Source: Sulfurospirillum sp. (lineage in GTDB: Bacteria > Campylobacterota > Campylobacteria > Campylobacterales > QNZT01). From it: 55,656 bases of DNA. The stretch's first letter is position 1, and the number at the start of each line of letters is the position of its first letter. The position numbers and the translations under genes were made by a program. Positions 48,917-55,656 of this stretch are shown here, one piece after another. Where the stretch lies: positions 1 to 55,656 of the forward strand of contig JANTHT010000002.1 in assembly GCA_024762235.1 (NCBI GenBank), in the 5' to 3' direction. A model generated the notes under the pieces. That model saw only the letters and a list, made by a program, of their open reading frames with translations, had not been told where the DNA came from and made no database searches.

Positions 48917-48949
48917 CTTTATCCAGTTTTTGTATTCAGGATTAAAGCA

Positions 48950-49753
48950 TTGTTTAAAAAAATCACCCTTTTCCTTCTGCCTGTCATCATGATGACAGGT
49001 ACAACGCATCTTTTGTTCGCCGGTGAAAACCCGTTTATCCGTAAATTTCCAATACGGGAGGGCGTCGTCACCTACACGACAAGGGGCAACCAACAGGGAA
49101 GTCAAATACTCTACTTCAGCGAATATGGGCGCAAACAGCTTCTCGTCGAGAAACAGCAAAACGATAACGATATAGTGCAAAGTGCCAGCGATAAGGAGAG
49201 AGTCACTTTACTCTTACCTGATGTAAAATATCTAATTTATCCGGAGAAAAAAAGTGCACAGAAAAGTCTCCCGCTGCAAAAACGCCTCTACGATATTTTC
49301 CGTAAACTTACGAAACAAGAGCAGGATAAAGTTTTAGCTTCTCTCCAGAAAATCGCACCGCGCTCTTACGAAAATATCTCCGGAAGCTGTTTCAAAGAAG
49401 CAAAAACGATCGCCGGCTACCGCTGCAACGAAGAGTTGATAGGGGGCATACGAAGCTGCACAGTCGCAAACGGTGGATTGACACTCGAAAAGAGAATCTC
49501 TCTGCTCGGTTACAGTGTCGATACATTCGCGACTGAAGTGAAAGAGAAAAAAGTCGATCCGAAGATTTTCACACTTCCGGAAAATCTGCACATCATAAGC
49601 GACACCCAGAAGAGCGATCCGGCCCCATCCAAAATCATCGCCAATCTTCTCAGCGACCCAAAAGGGTGCCGCAAGCGTACCGGAAGCGGCTCCGGGGAAA
49701 ATCTGCATCTGATACTCTACGAAGAGATCAAAAATCTCTCCGGAAATTTATAG
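48950..49753 (+). CDS. Secreted protein of unknown function
   Basis: Track ORF 48896..49753. Signal peptide-like LFKKITLFLLPVIMMTGTTHLLFA. I propose TTG 48950, 8 nt after AGGA. There are four Cys residues in the mature part and no motif I recognise. Confidence 0.5.
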   Translation: MFKKITLFLLPVIMMTGTTHLLFAGENPFIRKFPIREGVVTYTTRGNQQGSQILYFSEYGRKQLLVEKQQNDNDIVQSASDKERVTLLLPDVKYLIYPEKKSAQKSLPLQKRLYDIFRKLTKQEQDKVLASLQKIAPRSYENISGSCFKEAKTIAGYRCNEELIGGIRSCTVANGGLTLEKRISLLGYSVDTFATEVKEKKVDPKIFTLPENLHIISDTQKSDPAPSKIIANLLSDPKGCRKRTGSGSGENLHLILYEEIKNLSGNL

Positions 49754-49812
49754 TCTCCACAAAGCCGGATCTCAAAGTCGTGCAGAGAGCCTTCGCAGAT
49801 GCGCAGAGGCTC

Positions 49813-51795
49813 CTAAAGTGTCGCGAGAAAGATCTTTCTCGCAAAATTCTGAATCTTGCTCGGTCTGAGTCTTTCGATATTTGAACTGTTGAACATCGGC
49901 AGGTTCGATACCACGGTATACTCCTGTCTGTCGGTCACGATCCTGCTCCCTTTCACGATCAGATCATAGCTTCCCGCGGGGAGATTTCGCACTTCGATCT
50001 GCTCGATATTGTCCACATGGTTCGGGCGGTCCTGTCTGGCAACCTGCGCCGGATGGTCGGGATCGAGTGTATAGGGATAGTACTTCACACCGGTGTCACT
50101 CTTTTGCAGCACCATATCGATATCGTTGACCAGTGTCTCTGCGGCACGCGGATCTGCCTCGGGGTCGACCCATGCAATCGTAGCTTTGAAGTAGTCACTG
50201 TGTGTGATGGTAAAGCTGTATCGTTTACTGCCTGTATGGTTGACGGTATCAGTATGCACCTTCGGTTGTTTGTCGGCGATCGTCTCTATCGTATCGACGG
50301 CGGCTTTTGCATCGATGCGTCCGAATCCCGCTTTATAATCGGGCCCCGGATTGGCGATATCATCCGCTGTATTGATCAATACCGCTTTGAGCGTATCGTG
50401 TCGAATGTCGTATCCACCGGTGACTCTTTTATACGCCTGCGCGATGAGTACACCCATGCCTGTCGCAGCTGGCGCAGCCATCGACGTTCCGCTCATCATC
50501 ACATAGGAGGTATCACTCTCGCCCGAAGTTGAGGTCACATACTCTCCCCTGACACAGAGATCAGGCTTGATGCGTCCGTCGCGAACCGGTCCGGTGCTGC
50601 TCAGCTCGGCGACATTGTCACCTCTGGTATTGACCGCACCGATGGTCAGGATATTTTTGGAGTTTCCCGGCCCCTTGATGATCCCGTACTCTGCATAGTC
50701 GCCGTCGATGCCGTCGTTACCGGCCGCTTCGAAGATATTGAGGTAGGGATTGTTCGCGACAGTCAAATCCTGTGTCGCCGCAACGGAATCATACTCTCCG
50801 AGACGCTCTTTCAAGCTGTAACCGTAAGAGTGGTTGGAGAAGAGTATATCCTCCTGACTGTACATGTTCAATACCGCATCGGAGAAAGCGTCATCTGTAA
50901 AAGAGTAGTTGAAGACTTCTGCCGCGTTCGCCATACCCCGTGCCTTTGCATTGACACCGGCAGCGGTGATCGTACCGGTAACATGCGTCGAATGGAGATT
51001 GACCTCTCCGTCACTCGTGCGGTCATGCACCCTGCCACCGAACTCCTGATGGGTCGTCAGTGCCGCACCGCCGTCTACCACACCGACTGCGATATTTCGG
51101 CCATCCAGATTGTAGGGATCACTCCACAGAGCGGTCACACTGCTCTGTTTCGCTGTCTTGGCATTTCTGGTCTCCAGAAGCTGCGTGACAGAATCTGTGG
51201 CAAGCAGTCTCTCTACCCTGTCCATATACTGTATCAACGGAACATGCGAAAGTTTTTTATAATCTCTCAAATGCAGCTTGATTCTGGCAGAGCGCAACTG
51301 GGGTGTCACTTTGATGATTTCACCGTCGATACCCTCATGCTGCAGCAGTGCAGCGACTTCATCATGACGCATCTCTTTGAGAAAAAGGAGATGCACTTTG
51401 ACGATATCGTCATCACCCAGCAGTGAGAGTGCGCCGCTGTGCAGACTCTCCATCCGGTTTGCAGGATCGATCTCACTGATTCCTGAGATTTTGGGTTCAG
51501 AGAGGAGTTTCGGCGCAAGAGACTCGGGAAGGTAGAAGTAGTAGTGCATCCCGCCGGCATAGAGGATCGTGTCGACACCCATCGCATAGAAACGCTCTTT
51601 ATCCGCACTGCTCAAAATGGTTTTTGCGGTGACACGCACAGTTTTGGAGATATCCTGATGTCCCAGCGCCTGCAAAGGCATCGCAAATCCATCGGTATTG
51701 CCGCCGTTGGCGCCGGAAGCCGCTACAGCACTCTGTGTCAACAGGGCGCAGAGGAGGATCGTTTTGAGAGTGAGTGTAGATTTTGTCAGTTTCAT
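49813..51795 (-). CDS. Secreted S8-family (subtilisin-like) serine peptidase with C-terminal beta-sandwich domain
   Basis: Catalytic Asp in VGVVDGGA, His in HSTHVTGT, Asn in NHSYG and Ser in SGTSMAAPAATG. Signal peptide MKLTKSTLTLKTILLCALLTQSAVA. The start is ATG 51795, 6 nt after GGAG. The C-terminal part is P-domain-like (WVDPEADP...LVNDIDM...VDNIEQIEV). Confidence 0.85.
   Translation of the reverse strand: MKLTKSTLTLKTILLCALLTQSAVAASGANGGNTDGFAMPLQALGHQDISKTVRVTAKTILSSADKERFYAMGVDTILYAGGMHYYFYLPESLAPKLLSEPKISGISEIDPANRMESLHSGALSLLGDDDIVKVHLLFLKEMRHDEVAALLQHEGIDGEIIKVTPQLRSARIKLHLRDYKKLSHVPLIQYMDRVERLLATDSVTQLLETRNAKTAKQSSVTALWSDPYNLDGRNIAVGVVDGGAALTTHQEFGGRVHDRTSDGEVNLHSTHVTGTITAAGVNAKARGMANAAEVFNYSFTDDAFSDAVLNMYSQEDILFSNHSYGYSLKERLGEYDSVAATQDLTVANNPYLNIFEAAGNDGIDGDYAEYGIIKGPGNSKNILTIGAVNTRGDNVAELSSTGPVRDGRIKPDLCVRGEYVTSTSGESDTSYVMMSGTSMAAPAATGMGVLIAQAYKRVTGGYDIRHDTLKAVLINTADDIANPGPDYKAGFGRIDAKAAVDTIETIADKQPKVHTDTVNHTGSKRYSFTITHSDYFKATIAWVDPEADPRAAETLVNDIDMVLQKSDTGVKYYPYTLDPDHPAQVARQDRPNHVDNIEQIEVRNLPAGSYDLIVKGSRIVTDRQEYTVVSNLPMFNSSNIERLRPSKIQNFARKIFLATL
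49823..49842. repeat. Perfect 20-bp palindrome GCGAGAAAGATCTTTCTCGC inside the last codons of the S8 peptidase gene
   Basis: Read directly. A weaker hairpin (GAGCCT...AGGCTC, 49787..49812) fills the convergent intergenic gap. Confidence 0.7.
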
Positions 51796-51979
51796 GGTAA
51801 ACTCCGTCATATTTTCTACACTCTAATTCGGTCAGTTTTATCTACAAACGATATTTTTATTTTACTTTTTTATAATTTTAGTTAAAAAGTATCTTTTTAT
51901 TTACCATATGAAACATTTTTTTAACTACAGGCGATACGCCCTCCGATCTCATGCTGAGCATAAAATCAACATATTTCGC

Positions 51980-51985
51980 TATAAT
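51980..51985 (+). promoter_or_regulatory. Candidate -10 box TATAAT upstream of trpS
   Basis: ttcgcTATAATctc lies about 35 nt upstream of ATG 52020. The RBS is AAGG. Confidence 0.3.
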
Positions 51986-52019
51986 CTCTCTATTTCAATC
52001 TCAAGGCACACATAGATAC

Positions 52020-52985
52020 ATGCGAGTTTTAACAGGTATACAACCCTCCGGTACACTGCACATCGGCAACTATTTCGGTGCGATCAGACAGATGCTCGAT
52101 TTTCAGGAGAAGAGCGATCTCTTCATCTTTATCGCCAACTACCATGCGCTCACATCGCTCAAAGATGCCGAAGCGCTCAGGGAAAACACCATCGATGCGG
52201 CGATCACCTATCTCTCGCTCGGTATCGACCCTCAAAAATCGACCCTCTGGGTACAATCCGATGTCAAAGAGGTGCTCGAACTCTACTGGATACTCTCCGC
52301 CTATACCCCGATGGGGCTGCTCGAGCGGGCACACAGTTACAAGGACAAAGTGGCGAAGGGGATCTCCCCCAACCATGCCCTCTTCTCCTATCCCGTGCTG
52401 ATGGCGGCCGATATCCTCCTCTACGACGCCGAAGTGGTCCCGGTGGGCAAAGACCAGATTCAGCATGTCGAGATCACCCGTGACATCGCCCAGAAGTTCA
52501 ACAATGAAAAGGGAGATATCTTCATCCTCCCCGAATTCAGAGTCGATCAGAACGTCCAGAGCGTTCCCGGCACAGACGGGGCGAAGATGAGCAAAAGTTA
52601 CGGCAACACGATCGACCTCTTCTGCACGCCCAAACAGCTCAAAAAGCAGATCGGCAAGATCGTCACCGAATCGGTCCCGCTCGAAGCACCTAAAGAATAT
52701 GCAAACTGCAACGTCTACAACCTCTGTAAACTCTTTCTGGACGAAGAGGGGCAGAGAGCGCTTCAGGAGCGCTACACCAGAGGCGGTGAGGGACACGGAC
52801 ACTTCAAGCTCTATCTCGCCGAGCTGATACAGAAGCACTTCGCGGAAGCGATGGAGCGGCGCGCCTACTACCTCGACCATAAAGAGGAAGTACGCGAGAT
52901 TCTCGACGAAGGTGCGAAAAAAGCTTCGGCCATCGCCCGTGAAAAGATCGCCGTCATCCGTGATGCCGTCGGTATCTACAGATAA
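52020..52985 (+). CDS. trpS: Tryptophan--tRNA ligase
   Basis: [20 protein letters not shown] (HIGH motif) and KMSKS. The start is an internal ATG of track ORF 51951..52985. Confidence 0.95.
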   Translation: MRVLTGIQPSGTLHIGNYFGAIRQMLDFQEKSDLFIFIANYHALTSLKDAEALRENTIDAAITYLSLGIDPQKSTLWVQSDVKEVLELYWILSAYTPMGLLERAHSYKDKVAKGISPNHALFSYPVLMAADILLYDAEVVPVGKDQIQHVEITRDIAQKFNNEKGDIFILPEFRVDQNVQSVPGTDGAKMSKSYGNTIDLFCTPKQLKKQIGKIVTESVPLEAPKEYANCNVYNLCKLFLDEEGQRALQERYTRGGEGHGHFKLYLAELIQKHFAEAMERRAYYLDHKEEVREILDEGAKKASAIAREKIAVIRDAVGIYR

Positions 52986-52993
52986 GGAGCAGC

Positions 52994-54241
52994 ATGCTTG
53001 ATTTAAAAGAGTTACAAAACGACTTCGAAAAGATCGCGACCAAACTGCGCAAGAAAAAAGTGGATGAAACAGTGCTGGAGAGGCTGCGTGAAATCTCCCT
53101 GAAACTCAAAGAGCAACGCAAGATCCTCGAAGCCCTCCAGGCGGAGCAAAATGCCAAAAGCAAGCTCTTCCCACAGTATCAGAAAGAGGGAAAAGATATC
53201 GCCGGACTTAAAGAGGAGCTTTCGCAGATCAAACAGAAGATCGCTGTAGAACAGGAGATCGTACGCACTCTGGAAGATGAGATGTACGAGATCGCACTTA
53301 GTATTCCTAATATACCCGACGATGACGTACCGGAAGGCGACGGTGAAGAGGATAACGTCGAGCTCAAACGCGTACTCGAACCCACAACCTTCTCCTTCAC
53401 GCCTAAAGAGCACTGGGATCTGGCGATCACCCCCGAATGGATCGACTTCGAGAGGGGTGTCAAACTGGCCAAAAGCCGCTTTTCTGTCCTCAAAAATGGT
53501 GCTGCAAAACTGGAGCGTGCCCTGATCAACTACATGCTCGACTTCAACCACAACAGAGGTTTCGAAGAGGTCTGTGTCCCCTACCTCGTCAACCGCGACT
53601 CATTGATCGGTACCGGCCAGCTTCCCAAGTTCGAAGAGGATCTCTTCAAGATCGAGGAGGAACCGCTCTACCTGATACCCACCGCCGAAGTCCCCGTCAC
53701 AAACCTCTTTCGCGACGAGATCCTCACCAAAGAGGAGCTGCCCGCGAAACTGACATCCTACACGGCATGTTTTCGCAAAGAGGCGGGCAGTGCCGGTCGC
53801 GATACCAGAGGCATGATCCGTCAGCACCAGTTCGACAAAGTGGAGCTGGTCGCCGTCACGACACCCGATCAGAGCGATGCGGTATTTGACGAGATGGTCG
53901 CCTGCGCGAGTGACCTGCTCACCTCGCTGGGGCTGCCGCACCGTCTCATGCTGCTCTGCGGCGGCGATCTGGGTTTTTCGGCGGCAAAGACGGTCGATAT
54001 CGAAGTGTGGCTGCCCGGACAGAACCGCTACCGTGAAATCAGCTCCATCTCCAACACCCGAGCCTTTCAGGCCCGACGTGCCCGCATCCGCTACAGAGAG
54101 GGTAAAAAAAATCTGCCCGTCCATACACTCAACGGCTCTTCACTCGCCGTGGGCAGGACGCTCATCGCGATCATGGAAAATTACCAGAATGAGGACGGCA
54201 CCGTCACGATTCCCGAAATCCTGAAAAAGTATATGCCCTAA
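52994..54241 (+). CDS. serS: Serine--tRNA ligase
   Basis: N-terminal coiled-coil arm. Class II motifs [21 protein letters not shown] and [18 protein letters not shown]. Confidence 0.95.
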   Translation: MLDLKELQNDFEKIATKLRKKKVDETVLERLREISLKLKEQRKILEALQAEQNAKSKLFPQYQKEGKDIAGLKEELSQIKQKIAVEQEIVRTLEDEMYEIALSIPNIPDDDVPEGDGEEDNVELKRVLEPTTFSFTPKEHWDLAITPEWIDFERGVKLAKSRFSVLKNGAAKLERALINYMLDFNHNRGFEEVCVPYLVNRDSLIGTGQLPKFEEDLFKIEEEPLYLIPTAEVPVTNLFRDEILTKEELPAKLTSYTACFRKEAGSAGRDTRGMIRQHQFDKVELVAVTTPDQSDAVFDEMVACASDLLTSLGLPHRLMLLCGGDLGFSAAKTVDIEVWLPGQNRYREISSISNTRAFQARRARIRYREGKKNLPVHTLNGSSLAVGRTLIAIMENYQNEDGTVTIPEILKKYMP

Positions 54242-54254
54242 AGGCGACTGAGAG

Positions 54255-55656
54255 ATGGCAGAAGAAGAGTTTCTCAACCTCGACGACGAAGACGAAGAGA
54301 CGCTCGAAGAGGAGACGCTTGCCGCCACACCTCAGGATGTCGAGGAGAGACTCGACAAAGAACAGAACAACAAACTCCTCTATCTGCTGATTATCCTGCT
54401 GATGGCGGGTGTCGCCATCCTCTCCGGTATCTTCTTCTATCTCTATATGAAAAAGAAGCATGCTGCAAAGCCGCAGGAAGTCAACGCCACCAAAATCGTC
54501 GAAAAGGTGATACAAAAAGAGCAACCCGCCAAAGAGAACACACAGGTACAGAGTTGGCTCAAAGAGGCGGAAAAGCGCTTCAAAGAGGGGAAGAAAGAGG
54601 AAGCACTGCGCCTCTACCGGAAGATCGCGCGTTACAACGAAGCGCTTTCCTGGTTCAATATCGGTGTGGCACACCTCAAAGACCACAACTACACCAAAGC
54701 GATCAGCGCCTTCGACAAAGCATCGTTCGACGACGCCTTCAAATGTGAAAGCGCGCTCAATGCGGCAGTATGTGCCTACAATCTCAAAGAGAAAAGAGAT
54801 TTCAGCCGCTATCTGCGACTCGCGCGGGAGTATCTGATCTTTAAAAAGGATTCACCGCTCTTCTCCTACTACAACACACTGATCAACTACTACCAGAACG
54901 CTTATCCCGAAACACTCGCATCGATCACCCATCCGACATCCGACTATTTTCGCAACAACGAATTTTTCATAGGTTCGAAGATCTATACCTCTTATGAAAG
55001 TCTGCAAAATGCAATCAACATGCTCGAACATGCCGACGATGCCAAAAACTTTTTTACACTCGGGCTGCTCTATGCAAATATCGGCCGATACACCATTGCG
55101 GCGGATTACCTGAAGAAAGCGATCGAGATAGGCGACCATCTGCCTCAGGCCAGAATGGCACTCTCGATCACACAAAACCGTATGGGCAATCTCGCCACGG
55201 CAGCCGATCTGATGGAGGAGGCGGCACAGAAAGAGACCAACGCTACGGAGATATATCCCATCAAAGTGGTACTCAGAAAATCCCTCTTCGATCCTGTTGT
55301 CGCACAGGAGGTGTTCAAAAAAAATCTGCTGCTCGACAAGTTCTACAGATTTTCCCTCCTCTTCTACTTTGCCCCCTACAAACTCTCGCTCTACGACAAT
55401 GCCCTCAAAACGATCAAAAAGGGTGTCAGGAACATCGATATCGACAAGACCGATTCGGCGATGGCGTATCTGGTTACCGGGAAAAATATCGCACAGGTCA
55501 ACCTTGAAATCGCCAGGGCGATCGACTTTTCACTCCGGCACAGACTCTACGAGACAGCGGCGATCTTCAAAGACGCTCTCAAAAAATATCCCTGGGACGC
55601 CGTTTTGCACTACAATCTTGGTCTGGCATACGCACAGATGTTCAACTTCAAAGATG
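54255..55656 (+). CDS. TPR-repeat inner-membrane protein, PflB-like (partial, continues past the window end)
   Basis: Hand translation from ATG 54255 gives an acidic N-terminus (MAEEEFLNLDDEDEETLEEE), one TM helix (LLYLLIILLMAGVAILSGIFFYLY) and then TPR-like repeats. There is no stop before 55656. It is absent from the ORF track because it is open-ended. Confidence 0.7.
   Translation, partial: MAEEEFLNLDDEDEETLEEETLAATPQDVEERLDKEQNNKLLYLLIILLMAGVAILSGIFFYLYMKKKHAAKPQEVNATKIVEKVIQKEQPAKENTQVQSWLKEAEKRFKEGKKEEALRLYRKIARYNEALSWFNIGVAHLKDHNYTKAISAFDKASFDDAFKCESALNAAVCAYNLKEKRDFSRYLRLAREYLIFKKDSPLFSYYNTLINYYQNAYPETLASITHPTSDYFRNNEFFIGSKIYTSYESLQNAINMLEHADDAKNFFTLGLLYANIGRYTIAADYLKKAIEIGDHLPQARMALSITQNRMGNLATAADLMEEAAQKETNATEIYPIKVVLRKSLFDPVVAQEVFKKNLLLDKFYRFSLLFYFAPYKLSLYDNALKTIKKGVRNIDIDKTDSAMAYLVTGKNIAQVNLEIARAIDFSLRHRLYETAAIFKDALKKYPWDAVLHYNLGLAYAQMFNFKD

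Noticed and set aside
51908-52015. A 35-codon upstream ORF (MKHFFNYRRYALRSHAEHKINIFRYNLSISISRHT) ahead of trpS, considered as a leader peptide or attenuator.
   Set aside because: It has no Trp codons and no RBS. It spans the candidate trpS -10 box, and no terminator/antiterminator alternative structures are evident.
1-55656. Window-wide search by eye for CRISPR repeats, IS/transposase or integrase genes, tRNA-flanked islands, retron/DGR-like reverse transcriptases, toxin-antitoxin pairs, restriction-modification or other defence genes.
   Set aside because: None found. Every ORF of 90 aa or more that is not a shadow ORF is accounted for by a housekeeping, envelope or conserved-unknown gene. 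No direct repeat longer than ~15 nt was noticed. A computational repeat and HMM scan (PADLOC or DefenseFinder, ISEScan, tRNAscan-SE, Infernal/Rfam) would be needed to make this negative statement firm.

Overview
This 55.7-kb window reads as conserved chromosomal core of a Campylobacterota (epsilonproteobacterial) genome, by eye about 50% GC. I call 56 protein-coding genes, one partial at the right edge and one (rpmF) too short for the ORF track. Packing is very tight, with many 1-, 4-, 8- or 11-nt start/stop overlaps. I found no rRNA or tRNA, no CRISPR array, no transposase or integrase, and no recognisable defence, toxin-antitoxin or prophage module. Gene order matches blocks I recall from C. 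jejuni and H. pylori: flgA-ubiX-coaD-tmk-hisS; hemC-proS-hemA-ispB plus two small unknowns; accD-rlmH-dksA-membrane protein-dus; fabH-plsX-rpmF-yceD-ndk-fdxA...ahpC; galU-pgi; an MCE/Mla-type ABC operon; and trpS-serS-TPR protein. Other content includes gltBD, speA, cysE, metK, prs, lepA, dapE, UbiD/UbiX homologues, an L,D-transpeptidase, two small beta-barrel OMPs and a secreted S8 subtilase. Bottom line: I do not see convincing evidence for a novel system. The best leads are modest. (1) The only accessory-looking insert, a secreted unknown protein convergent with a secreted subtilase between lepA and trpS. (2) A translationally coupled pair of small unknown proteins with a structured leader next to ispB. 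(3) A conserved unknown membrane protein downstream of dksA. (4) An STAS-MlaE/MlaF/MCE/lipoprotein operon that may start leaderless. (5) An rplU gene separated from rpmA. (6) A PflB-like TPR protein. The many long antisense ORFs in the track are shadow ORFs. Coordinates of non-coding features are hand-indexed and may be off by 1-2 nt.
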